Source: Phaeosaccion multiseriatum (taxonomy: Eukaryota > Protista > Ochrophyta, other classes). From it: a stretch of 64,000 bases of DNA. Every line of letters starts with the position of its first letter. The first letter of the stretch is position 1. The notes beneath the pieces are model-generated. The model worked only from the letters and a program-made list of their open reading frames with translations, did not search any database and was not told the origin of the DNA. The stretch is taken from positions 2,170,001 through 2,234,000 of the forward strand of contig OZ218952.1 of assembly GCA_965112735.1 (NCBI GenBank), written 5' to 3'. Below are positions 1 to 12,749 of the stretch, piece after piece. The translations under genes were made by a program, and so were the position numbers.

Positions 1-417
1 AACTTGTTGGTAGGGTAGGCACCGCTGCCGCTTCCCTGCAGCGTGACGCGAATCGTGACGGCGAAGCTTTGGCGTCGTCGGAGAGCTAAGTGCATTGCCT
101 CCCTTTCCGTTCCACAGTTGCACGACCGCACAGCCTCCAGCCAGTATGCTGCCCTCATTCCTCTTGCCACACAGCCCAAAGGAGGGGAGGGATCGAAACA
201 CCCCGCTCTCCCCACATATCCCCGGCTCCGCCTTTCTTACTTTAAAAATTAAATGCGAACAGTTTCTTTCCTTCTTTCCTCTTTATTTATTTCAGCTGAT
301 TTACTTTCTTTTGTACTTTCCCCTTCCCCCCGCCCCTCGGAAGAAGCGGCGGCACGAGGCCATGGCCCAGAGCGGCGAAATGTGAACAATTACACCCTCC
401 CCGCATTGAATGTTGTG

Positions 418-418
<1 letters not shown>

Positions 419-504
<86 letters not shown>

Positions 505-513
505 CATCGTCAT
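419..513. repeat. (CAT)n microsatellite followed by a (CCTT)n tract (~620-785), downstream of the PKA stop
   Basis: Directly visible tandem repeats; they explain the poly-His and poly-Met ORFs. Confidence 0.95.
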
Positions 514-933
514 CGTCTTTTCAAACTCCTTCCCCTCCCACTCAAGAAGCATCCTCTCCTCGCACTCAAGAAGCGAAGCACCCTTTCATCGCTACGACCC
601 TCCAAACTCTCGCGTAGCCTTCCTTCCTTCCTTCCTTCCTTCCCTCTTTCATTCCTTCCTCCCCCCCCCGCCCCCTCCCTCCCTCCTTCCTTCCTTCCTT
701 TCTTCCCTCCTTCCCTCCCTCCTTCCTTCCTTCCTTCCTTCCTTCCTTCCTTCCTTCCTTCTTTCTTTCTTTCTTTCCTTCCTCCTCGCTTCTACGCGCT
801 GGTGCCTTCACCAGCTCTCTCTCTCCCTGACCGATTACTGGAACACTGCCTCCCTGGTAGCCATAAGCAGATACTTCGAAATGTGAAGAAAGGGCTCTTC
901 CCCCCCCCCTCGGGACAGGACAGGCTCCTCTCT

Positions 934-1307
934 TTAGAAGTCATTGAAAGGGTCTTCCCCCTCGGGGAGGTCCGGCAGCCGCGGCCCTTCTACGCTGTCG
1001 GGGTATGCGTCAAACTGACTCGTGTCCGTTGGACCTGGGGGAGGAGTTGGCGATGGCAGCGGATGGCAGCGGATGGCAGTGGACGGGTGGTGGATGGCAG
1101 TGGATGACAGTAGATGGCCGTGGATGGCGGTGGATGGCAGTGGATGGCAGTGGACACGCGTGTGGGTGGAGCAAAGAGGTGGGGGGTGAGAGAGGAAGGG
1201 GGAGGGGGGGGGGGCTGACGGGACGAAGCGACACACATGGCATAGAGTACAGCTTCTCTCATTTCTATGATGTACGTAGTGTGTGTTTGCTTGTGTTTGT
1301 GTGTGTT

Positions 1308-1343
<36 letters not shown>

Positions 1344-1367
1344 TGTGTGTGTTTGTGTGTGTGTGTT

Positions 1368-1422
<55 letters not shown>

Positions 1423-4400
1423 CGTCTCACCTGCAACGGGCGGCTTGATGGGCGAGGTGAGGGTTCTTGCCAGCAGGGATTGGAAGTCGAAGCCCGCGAA
1501 CCACTTGTGCGACATAATGTCCGCCGCACCTGAGGGAGCAGGTATATGGGCAGGCATATGGGCAGGGGGGTGGGCAGGCATATGGGCAGGGAGGTGGGCG
1601 GCAGTGGGGGTGGTTGGGGCACGGAGGTGACGTGAGAAGGGACGTAGCACCAGGACACACACGCGCACGCACACGCACACACACGCACACACGTCTTGAA
1701 AATGAGACCGAAACACTACCATTTCCGCCTATAACTGGAACTCAAACTGCACTCAAACTCACCGCCCTTGAGACAGCCGTATCGCTTGGTGAGGTCTGCC
1801 GTGAGGAGCTTCTTGACAAGGTTCTTGGCGTTACGGTCCACGAAGCGAGGGAACACCAGCTTCCCAGCCAATACCTGAGGGGGGGCGAGGGGTGAGGAGG
1901 AGGGCGAGGAGGAGGAAGAGGAGGAGGAAGAGGAGGAGGAAGAGGAGGAGGAAGAGGAGCGGGGAAAGGGAAAGGCGGGGGCGGTGTAAGAGTTTGAGAG
2001 GAGGGGGGGGGGTGAGCCAAAACAAAACCCTCCTCCTTCAATAGACCCGCTCCACAGCCTAGCGAAGGACCACCATGTCAACGACAAACCGAGCGCCCCC
2101 TGTCCTGCCCGGCCCCTAAGAAGACCGTCTCATCGATGTACCGCTCTGCCGCTCTTTTGCTGTGTACCACCAACTGGCTCTGTTGCTGTGTTCCACCAAC
2201 TGCTCTGTATCACCACTGCTTTGCTGCTCTGGCCGGCCTTGCCTCGCCTGTACTCCGCTATCCTGTCCTCTGCTCTCTGCTCTCTGTCCCCTCTTTGCGA
2301 CAGTGTGGCGCTCGTTGCCTTATATGTATTCTGTAACTGTACTGTACCTGTTGGTAGACTTTGAGTGGGTCGTCGTCGACAAATGGGGGTTGCCCGACCA
2401 GCATCTCATAGACGAGGATCCCCAATGTCCACCAGTCCACTCCCTTGCCGTGACCCTGCGTAAGTGGTCCAGATCAGATCAGATCAGATCAGATCAGATG
2501 AGTCGGAAGACAGGGTATGGAGGAGGGAGGGAGGACGGGAGGGGCAGAGGCGGGAGTCAGTAGGAGTCAGTGGGAGACCGAAACCACTTGGGGCTTGCGC
2601 TTCCGCTTCGCAAAGCAGCCAAGTCTCCACCCCGCCCAGGCGGTTGGCTACTGCTGCTGCTTGGAGCTGCTGCTGCTCCTGCTGCTGCTGCTGCGTTCTC
2701 TCCCTCTCTTTCCTTTTCTTCCCCTCCCTCCCCTCTGTACCACCAACTCCCTCACCTTGTTGAGCAGCACCTCCGGGGCGATGTACTCTGGAGTGCCGCA
2801 AAGTGTGTACGTCTTGAAGCTTACAATCTTCGCAAAGCCGAAGTCCGTGATCTTCAAGTAACCTGCAAATGAGCAAGTGCGTGCGTGAGTGCGTGCGTGA
2901 GTGAGTAATAAGAGTGAGGCAGACAGGGACGGAGCAGCAGAAGGACAGTAGCAAGCCAGCACGACGTAATACTCTTTCCACATTGTTCCAGCAATGCCAT
3001 GTCGACATCGAGTCCTCTCCTCTCCACTCCTCTCGTCATGTACCACAGGGTCTTTCATTCACTCACTCACTCATTCACTCATTCACTCATTAACTTTCTC
3101 ATTTCACTGACTCCTTCACTCACTCACTCACTCATTCCCTTACTCACACCCACACCCACTCCCTCACTCCCTTGCTCCTTCCCTCCCTCACTCACTCCCT
3201 CACTCACTCACCGTCTGAGTCCAGCAGCAAGTTCTCGGGCTTTAAGTCCCGATAAATGATGTCCTGTGAAGGTCAACAGGGGAGGGGAGGAGAGAGGAGA
3301 TGGCAGTGGGTGGAGGAGGGAAGGGGAGGGGCGGATGGCAGTGGATGGAGGAGAGAAGAGAGAGGAGAGAGGAGTGAGAGGGAGAGAAAAGGTTGTGAGC
3401 CCGTTTGTACACAATTGCACAGTCTTGCGGTGGATTACGTCAGAGTAAAGTATGTACGCACGCACCTGCCCGTGGAGGTACTCGAAGATGAGTGCAACGT
3501 GTGCAGCGTAGAACACTCCGACGTGATTCTCGAAGCGATGGGCACGCCTCAAGTGGCTGAAGAACTCACCCCCGACCACTGACGATGGGAGGGTGGGAGG
3601 GAGGGAGAGAGGAAGGAACGGATGAGGAACGGATGAGGAACGGTGGGTGGGGGTGGGGGGAAGTGGGGAGGAAGGGGTGTGGGGAAGGGAGGGGAGGAGA
3701 CGCGAAGGGTCCAGCCAGTGTCTACCATCCCTCCCCTCGCTCACTCACTCACTCACTCCCTCGCATCCTCACTCATTCACGCACTCACTCACGCACTCAC
3801 ATACTAACTCACTCACTTACACGCTCATTCACTCACTCACTCACCCACTCACTCACTTACCCACTCACCCACTCACCCACTCACTCACTCACTCACTCAC
3901 CCACTCACTCACCATACTCTAGTATCATGCAAAGATTTCTGTCGTCCTGAAAGGTGCCGGCAAGCTTGACGATGAATGTGTGCGTGAGCATCATCAACAC
4001 GTTCTTTTCGTTCATCATGTGCTCCAATTGATGCATGCGAAGGATCTCTGACTTTTTCAGGATTTTGATGGCCCACGGCGTCTTCTTCTCCTTGTGTGTG
4101 CAGAACCGCACTCGCCCGAACGATCCTGTCGTGGGCGTGGCGTGGTGTGATGTGATGTGGTGTGATGTGTATGTACAATTTGATTGCGAAACGATACGAT
4201 TGAAGCAGATGGAAGAGGCAACAGGGGGTGCGGTGGGTGGGTGTGGAGGGAAACGGGGGGGGGGGTGGCAGTGGAAGTGAGGACAAGGTTGAGGAAATGG
4301 GCGAAACAATGGCACAAGGGCAGCTGGAGCCGATTCACCACGTATCCAATCATGTAGACTGCCTTCCATCACAAGCACGACATACATCTTGTTGCCACGC

Positions 4401-4490
4401 CCAGGCAGGCCAGTTGCCACTCATTTCCACTGTCTCTCTCTGTGCCAAAGTGTACACACGTCCTCTGTTTTCTGTTCTGCCGCTTGTGAA

Positions 4491-4525
<35 letters not shown>

Positions 4526-4728
4526 GTACCTGTTCCTAGTGTGACTCCCATATCGAACTGGTCCATCGCGAAGGGCCCCTCTCCCAAGGGTCTTGCTGCC
4601 ACCGCACCAGGGGCGGAGGACGGCGTTGACGGTGCTGTTGCTGCCGCTGGTGGCGGCACTCCATCTTCTTTGGTTACGGCGGGTCCCGTAGCCTCCTGAG
4701 CCACCTGTACCGACTCTCCATTCTCCAT
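934..4728 (-). CDS. cAMP-dependent protein kinase (PKA) catalytic subunit, 9 coding exons
   Basis: Exons 4728-4530, 4125-3913, 3578-3466, 3263-3212, 2862-2756, 2455-2348, 1874-1763, 1529-1431 and 1034-934 are joined by GT-AG introns in compatible phase. Motifs: [55 protein letters not shown], and a C-terminal FNDF* (PKA FxxF hydrophobic motif). A probable 5'UTR intron lies at 4731-5122. Confidence 0.95.
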
Positions 4729-5698
4729 GACTATTCCACGAAAGTGTGTGAGCGCGGATGGGAGCAGCAGGAAGGAAGGGTGCGCGATGATGCGACCCAG
4801 GGAGAGGGAGGGGAGGTATGTCTGAGCTATGTGTGGGTGTGAAAGTAAGTGATCAACAATACATAGTATAGAGGGGGAATCTTGAGGTGCTGTTAGGCGG
4901 CATGGCGGGGGGTAGCAGAAACTCTGCTGCGAGACAGAACGGGGAGGAGGAGGAGGAGGAGGAGGAGAAGGACGAGGAGGAGGAGATGGAGGAGGAGCTT
5001 TACTACAATGCACAAACCAGCAGTACTGACGAGGTTGCGGAATATGCACAGCACAGACGATACGCATAATCATGGTAGCGAGCAAGTGCCGGTCTACCTC
5101 TGAACAGACCTTTCTCACTTACTTGCTCGTCAACCGCGCCGCCTCAGCTCCGACCCTCTTTTCCCTGTCTGCCTGCCACTCAGTGCGACAGTAAGCTGTT
5201 TGCGTGTCTCTTGATAGCGAGGCTCTCGATGAACCGACCCCACGTAGCCTCCCTGTTCAGGCCTGAGCAACCGCGGTCTCCTCCCTCTTCACGACGGCTG
5301 CCCCTCTTCTGCGCAAACGTGAAGCGCTGGCTACGGTAGTATGGCTCTCATCTCCGGTAAGGTTCCACCTTATTCTCTGCTCCTACACCTGCTGCTGTTC
5401 CTTTCCTCTGCTGCGCCGTGCGCTTGCTGCTCTGGAATGTTTGTCTCGGCCCTTGCCTAAGGTAACGGCCGCGACCCGAGGGGGTGTTTCCTTGACTTCA
5501 GCGAGTGTACTTGTACCCCAAAGAGCCCAAAGAGGGAAATAAAAGCTGCTGCTCTGCAGCTTTAATTTGAGGAGGTGATCCAGTGAGGGAGTGCTTCAGT
5601 ATGGCGGAGGCGGCTATAAGCATCGAGGTTCGATCTCTGTCCAAGGGGAGAGGGAGGTTTTATTTTTCTTCTCTTCCCCTTTCCTCCCTGCTCTCCAG

Positions 5699-6326
5699 GC
5701 AGAGCGACTGTGTTATGCCATCATAACTGGACCTCTCTCCCTACACCCACTCCCAACTCTTCCCCCACCTCTCCCCCCACCTCTGCCCCCACCTCTCCTC
5801 CCACCTCTCCCCCCACCTCTCCTCCCACCTCTCCCCCACCTCTCCCCTCGGCACTCCCCCCACCTCTCCCCTCCCCTCACCTCTCCTCCCACCTCTCCCC
5901 CCACCTCTCCTCCCGTCGCTATCCCCCCCCCAGCCACATCCACTTCGACCTCTCCGCCTGTGAGTAACCCCACGGAGGTGGACTGCTCTGCCTTAGGGTG
6001 GGCAGACAGCTGCGGCGTATACACCGACTCTTCCTTCGCGTGCTCGTGGACCGATGGCAGCTGCAGCACTGGCGGTGGCGGAGGCAGCGGCCCCGTCCCC
6101 ACTCCCTCCCCCGTGGCCATCGTCAACAGCTGCGAGGGAGTGGCAGCCTGCGGTGTGGGCGAGCAGACCTGCACCTTCGTCCCTGGCTGATGGCTGCCTG
6201 GACATGAGCGGCTGTGTGGCTGAGACCAGCTGTATGTACTGCGGCTTCGGTACCTACGATGCCTGCCCCACACCACCAGCCGACGACATGTTTGCCAATG
6301 CCACAGCCTGCGGCGTGGGTGGGTAG
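5699..6326 (+). pseudogene. Frameshifted Pro/Thr/Ser-rich (PTSP repeat) plus Cys-rich extracellular-type protein fragment
   Basis: Protein-like sequence is split over three frames: PTPNSSPTSPPTSAPTSPP (5710 ORF), ...SPPVSNPTEVDCSALGWADSC...CTFVPG* (5591 ORF) and DGCLDMSGCVAETSCMYCGFGTYDACP (6054 ORF). An acceptor-like ctccag ends at 5698. No clear start codon or signal peptide. Assembly indels are an alternative explanation. Confidence 0.5.
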
Positions 6327-6865
6327 ACGTGTGAAGCCACCGCCTGCCCGGGCCCTGTCGGGTGCATCGAGAACACGTCCTGTATATACATATATATATA
6401 TAGGTACTGTGGCTTCGCCAGGTACGAGGAGTGCAGAAAGAGACGGTTCGGAGTGGCGCGGGAAGGTGTCCGACAGCCCTAAGAGAGGAGTGAGGGGCTC
6501 ATGGCCGTTAGAGATGTGATGGTTTGTCTTGACTTGGGCTGACCTGACCTGACCTGACCCTCACCGAGTGCGTGAAGGGTTTCTTTTGTCTATCACTGGA
6601 CCTTTATACTTCGATTATATCTTACATTTAGCAGCTTGTACGCAAGGATGGTTGTGTACACGCAGTGTACAGCTAGTATACTTTTACAGTTCAGTGTGTC
6701 TTAGAGGAAGGGGAGGATGATTCCACCAAAGGAGCAATTACTTGATAGAGGCAAGATGACATAAAATGAGAAGTCTCTCTCTGAAAAGTCTCTCTTGCTT
6801 GTTGCCGGAAGAGCCTGTGGCTGCCAAGCACGCCCCGCTTTCCTCTCCTCGCTCTTTCGCTGGCC

Positions 6866-7142
6866 TGCCTGCCTGTCTGACTGACTGACTTGCTGACTGA
6901 GTAACTGACTGACTGACTGACTGACTGATTGACTGACTTTCCGACAGACAGACTGACTGACTGACTGACTGACTAACTGACTCACTGACTGACTGACTGA
7001 CGTACTGACTTACTTACTTACTAACTGACTGACTGACTGACTGCCTGACTGACGTACTGACTTACTTACTTACTAACTGACTGACTGACTGACTGCCTGA
7101 CTGACTGACTGACTGACTGACTCACTAACTGACTGACTGACT
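6866..7142. repeat. (GACT)n / (TACT)n compound microsatellite
   Basis: Directly visible tetranucleotide array. Confidence 0.95.
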
Positions 7143-7477
7143 CTCATTTCAACGAGGTCAGCGCTGGGCACTAGCTACACTGGCATCCTCCTGCTCTTCA
7201 TTAGGCTGGCAATCATCAACACTACTGCAGTGGTCGTGGGCGTGGTCTTGAAATGGGCGCTTGCAGGCAAACTCCGCAGGGGGCAGCAAACGGGTGCCAT
7301 GCCCTCCCTCTGTTTTGTTGACTGCGTCCCTTCTCCCAGCAGACGAAAGGGGAGCAATCCCTTTCGTGTAGAAGAGCTGCCAACAGCGGCAGGGTCCTTT
7401 GTGCCTCCTGCTCTGCCCTGTTGACCTTCGGCGCGGTAGATATGAGCACACGGATCACACTCGCCTTAATACACAAG

Positions 7478-10160
7478 CTACTCAAGCTCCTCCTGCACGC
7501 CTGGCGGGAGCCGAGGCCACAGCTTCTGCACCCGAGCATTCGACAGCCTCGGCAGCAAGTCCTTCAGCAAGACTGCGGGCAGCTGAGCCAGCAGTCCATC
7601 GACTTCGGCAGGAGGCAGCGGGCCCAGTAGCCTCCACACTGTTGCAGCAGACTGTGGCGACAACAGCTCCACCGCCCTGCCAGGAGAAAAAACAGTCATA
7701 AGTCGCTGCCCCTGGGGCACTGGAAGTTTCGGCAGCAAGTCCTTCAGCAAGACGGCAGGTAGTTGAGCTAGCAGTCCATCCGCTGTGGCATCAGGCAGCC
7801 CAGCCAAGACCCTGAGCACCTCCTCTGTAGGCAGGGAACACAGTAACTCCCGTACTGTCGCTCCAGGGAGCCGAGGCCACAGCTTCTGCACCCGAGGCTC
7901 TGGCAGGCTTGGCATCAGCCTCTTCAGCAAGACTGCAGGTAGCTGAGCCAGCAGTCCATCCCCTTTGGCAGGAGGCAGCGGGCCCAGTAGCGTCCACACC
8001 GTTGCAGCAGACTGTGGCAACAGCAGCTTCACCGCTCTGCCAGGAGACAAACCAGTAACAAGTCGCTGCCCCTGGGGCACCAACAGCCTCGGCAGCAAGT
8101 CCTTCAGCAAGGCTGCAGGTAGCTGAAGTAGTAGTACATCTGCTGTGGCATCAGGCAGCTCAGGCAAGACCTTCAGTACCTCCTGTGCCGACAGGGGGCG
8201 CAGTAAGTCCCGCAAAGTCGCTACTGGGAGCTTCCGCCACAGTTCCTGCACCCGAGCATTCGGCAGCCTCGGCAGCACGTCCTTCAGTGAGACTGCAGGT
8301 AGCTGAGCGAGCAGTCCATCTGCAGTGACATCAGGCAGCCGAGATAAGACGTGCAGTAGATTCTCTGCCGGCAGGGGGCACAGCAGCTCCCGTACAGTAG
8401 CCCAAGGGAGCCGAGGCCACAGCTCCTGAACCCGATGCTCTGGCAGGCCTTGCATGAGCTGCTTCAGCAAGTGTGCAGGTAGGTGAACCAGCAGATCGTC
8501 CACAGTGGTGGTAGACGTCAGGCAATCGAGCAGAGAATATACCTCCCCCACAGGCAGAGGCCCCAGTAGGCCTCTGAGAGTGGGAGGGGGCATCATTTGG
8601 AGAAGCCCCGCCATTCTGGGACAAGGCCATCTCAGCCGCAGCTCCCTCAACGTGGCCACAGGAAGCCCGACCAAAACCTCATCCACCCCAGGACTAGGCA
8701 GCCAACGCACAAGCGTCAACACTTTGTCAAGGCTTAGTGGAGACAGCAGCTCTGCCGCTCTGGCAGAAGTTATGCCAGCCACCAGCTGCTGCCCCGTGGA
8801 CTCAGGTAGCCTCGGCAGCAAGTCCTTCAGCAGGGCTGTAGGTAGTTGAATCATCAGCCTCATCGCACTAGAAGCAGGATGCATCCCAGTCACCATCCTC
8901 ACCGTCCTGACGACAGGCAGCTGGGGCAGCAGCTTCAACACCGTGCCATCAGACAACCGTGGCAGGAGCTCGAGCAGCCGTCTATCGGCCATCGGAGCCA
9001 GTACCTTCCTCACGGCGTCGGCCGACAGCCTGTCGAGCAGCCCATTCATCTCGCTCACCATGCCGCACTCCGTTTGGCCGAAGAAGTCCACTCCGCGGCG
9101 GAGCGGTCCCCACGCATCGATATCACCATTTCCCCCCATCTGAGCCCCAAAGGCACGTTGGAGAACCTCGTTGCTCTCGTCGAGTACCTTGCTGCGGCCT
9201 TCCAGGCTGTGCTTCATCTCTTGGACCTTTTCCTTGAGCTCACGCTGCTCAGTCAGCACTTTCTTACGGTTTAGCGTGTACTGTGCTGTTTGCTCTACTC
9301 GTAGGGTGATTGCAGCCAGTTCCGCCTCCTTGCCCCTCAACTCCGTAGTCCGCTGTCTCATGTCTTTCCTCACGGCCAAACGGTCCAGCAAGAGCCTGTT
9401 GGCGTCTTCGTAGCTCGACGCAAGCAGCCCCACGTGACTGGTGAGCCCCTCCTTCGCTTGTTGCTGCCTCAACCTCTCCAGGATCATCTTCTCCATCGCC
9501 TCGATGCGATACTTTGCCTGGAGCACGGACACCACCTCCGGCACCAAGTTGCCAGGCGGGACTCCCGTGTTCAAGGCCTTCCCTGCCGTGCTGCCGTCGT
9601 CGTTGGCAAGGCAGAGCTCCGCTAGGCGCAGGCCCTCAGCCCTAATCAAGTGCCTTGAGGGCGCTCCCGTGTCTAGCGTCGTCAGCCGCTCCAGATGGTG
9701 CACGGTCCTGAGGGCAACGCTTCTCCATCGCACGGAGGCCTCCTCTGCCCGCAAGAAGAGAGACAAGTCTTCCCCCACATGACAGGATGACGTCAGCAGT
9801 CTCAACAGGACGAAGGCGTCCGTGCAGCGCGAGTCAGCGGCAAAGAAGGCCCTCATGGGTAGAGTCTCCAGGGCCTCATTAGTCTCCGCTCGATCCCCGC
9901 CATTGTCTTCGTCTCTGCTGCTGCGGCGTGCTCCTTCCTCCTCATCTCGCTCCCTATGAAGGGCCTGGAGTATGTGCCGCGCGCTCGACGAAACGAAGCG
10001 ATGGACAAGGACTCTGCCCTCTGAGTCCCGCTGCAGACGCGCCGGTAGCAGCATGTAGCTCTCCAACACGATGTGGGAGAGGAGTCCGAAAGCGAAGGGC
10101 AAGAAGAAGGAGGAATCGCCCGCGGATACGCCCGATGCGGATGCCTCTGGTGTCTTCGTG

Positions 10161-10199
<39 letters not shown>

Positions 10200-12704
10200 G
10201 CATTCCTTGCCTTCTGCTTGTCCCTCTTCTTCTGGGTCTTGCTCTTTCTGGCCCGCTGCTGCTGTTGCGGCGGCGGCATCTGATTCGCCACCTCTACCGC
10301 AGGCGAGGTCCACCAGCCGTCCAAGAGAGAGCGCAGCTCATGGTACGCAGCGGCACACAAGAGCGGCTCGAGAGAGGCCAGCACCGCTCGGGCATGCTTC
10401 AGCACCACCTTCTGCGCCTCCTTCTCGTTGATCTCGCCGTCTTTCCTCTTCTGCTTACCCAGCGCCGAGGGAGAGGTTTTCCCGTCCTCCATCAAGCCTT
10501 GACCCCCATGCGGTCCAAAATGCGTCTCTGCCATGGCGAGGCGACACTGACGGAGGGAGTGGAGGAGCTCGCTGGTGCTCTTAGCCTTGCCGTCCTCTGC
10601 CGGTGAGCGAGCACAAGAAGCGCGAGTCGCACCCCTCTCCGCGCTGCCCTCCTCCTTCTTGTCCGAGTCAGAGGCAGCGGTGTTACCATTAGCTGTCCAG
10701 CCTGTAGCCACCACGGGGCCGAGCAACCTCTCCAGGCAGCGCCCTTGTCGCTCCTCAATAAACACCGTCGCCCCTCGTTCGTAGGCAGAAAGGCGAGAGT
10801 AGAAGCTCAGCTGGTCTTCCTCTACACGATTGGGCGGCGCAAACACCCACTTGCCACCCGACGCCCTCTTCCTCCGCTGCTGCTGCCTCTCCAGGAAAGA
10901 CAGCACGGCTCCTTGGTGCTCCGTGCTAGCCACCTGGCCCTGCAACACTCCAAAGCACGCCATCTCGAGCGCCTTCCGGCCGCGTTCTTCGTCCTTCTCG
11001 TAGAGGTTGAGACCAAGGTCCAGCCACGTGTTCCTCTGCAGGTCCGGCCCAAAGCGGTTGTGTGCCTGCGGCTTGTGCTCCTCCCTGTCCTCCTCCTCTG
11101 TAGAGAGCCGCAGCATGACGTCATAGAGGGCCGTGTACATGCCGGCTCCTGAGTAACAGTCGACCAAAAGATCCAGACGGTCGATGTTCTCGTACACGCA
11201 AGCCGCCTCGTCGTAGGCCCCCGCATTCTGCATGCGATAGGCCACTTTCCGAGCCTCTTCCGGCTCCTCCAGGCGCAGCCAAATGGCCGCAGCGTCCACG
11301 AGTAGCTGGGTTTTACTCGGCTCTCCTTCGTGCAGCTTGAGTTTGATCATGGCGCTCATCTCATCCACCCGACGTGTGTTGTGCGCGCTCTCGAAGGCCC
11401 CCTTGGCCTGCTCGAACAACCCACGAGAGACAAAGGTCTCTCCACGTGCGTTCCACTCTTCGGCGGAGCTGACTCGGTCGGCAATGGTCTCCTCCTCCGC
11501 AGTGGTCCACTGAATCAGGCCTTGGAACACCCTGGTCACAATCTCCCTCTCTGGCTTGTGTTGCTCCACGAAGAAGAGGCGCATGCGTGATCGAGTCACC
11601 GCCACATAGAGCTCCTTCAGCCAGGGGCACAGATCTGCGTGCTTCTTTGGGTCGAAGTCCGGCAATGCGTCACTCGTGTTGCCCTTGCCTGTGGTGATCT
11701 GCGTTTGCCTCTCAGCGCTCGTATTGACGAGATATCTCAGGAGCACTCGCATGCGGTTAGAGTGGCCCTCAAACGCCGTGGCGCACATGTTCACTGCGAG
11801 AGACGGGAGGGAAGGAAGGAAGGAAGAGATGGGGAAGGACGGGGAGACAGGGCCAATGCGCGAACGTTCCTATCAGCACATACAAGTGTAAAAGGGCAAG
11901 TGCGCTCATTGACTCTCCCTCAACCCCACCACCGGCACTACCCCGCGTGCCCTCTTCCTCTCCTCCTCCTGCCCCTTGTCTGCCAACTCACCCAAGACGC
12001 AGTCGTCAAACTCCAGTCCTTTGGCCTCGAGCACAGTCATGACCATGGCCCTCTTGCCGTGCTTGGAGAGGAGCGCCTCCACTTTGTCCCTCTCCGACCG
12101 ATTGCGAGTAAGGATGACCTGATCGGCTCCAAGAGTGGCCTTGTCGCCGAACACTGTCGAGCAGAGGGGGGGGGGGGGGAGGAAGGGGGGACGAAGGGTG
12201 AGATGAGGGCGCTGTAATTTGCATTGAGGGACCCACATACAAGTGCTTCCCCTATACATTCCATCAGCACGCATTGGTCCCCATGGCGCACACATGACAC
12301 AGCACTCGGCGCTCCTTACCTGGCGCGATGATTTCGCACTCCTTGAACATCTTGGGCAGAGGAGGGAGTGTGATTGCCGCTCCATCCGCTTCCGCTTCCT
12401 CTTCCCCTTTCCCTTCTTCTTGTCCAGTGCCGCTCTGGCGGCCCTCCGAGGAAGACGAGGGCGGCGAAGCAATAGCAACAGCAGAGGCGGCGGCGGCAGA
12501 GGAGGAGGAGGCAGGGCCATTCGCGGAGTGCTCGTCGTACAGGGCCTCGACCTCATCAGGGAAGAAGTCGTTGAGCACTTGGACAATGGCGTTGCTCAGC
12601 CGCAGCACCGGCTCCTGCGTGCGATAGTTCACTCTCAGGCGGAGCTCCACCGGCGCTTCGCAGGTGGCGGAGGAAGCATCCACGCCGTCAACACCGCTGG
12701 CGGC

Positions 12705-12749
<45 letters not shown>

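Noticed and set aside
253-1107. 284-aa poly-His ORF and similar ORFs (poly-CV, THSL, GREG, PSFL)
   Set aside because: These are translations of (CAT)n, (GT)n, (CTCA)n, (GGGA)n and (CCTT)n microsatellites in UTRs and introns.
6185-6192. TGA as selenocysteine in the Cys-rich gene
   Set aside because: The downstream Cys-rich sequence continues in a different frame, so read-through would not restore it.
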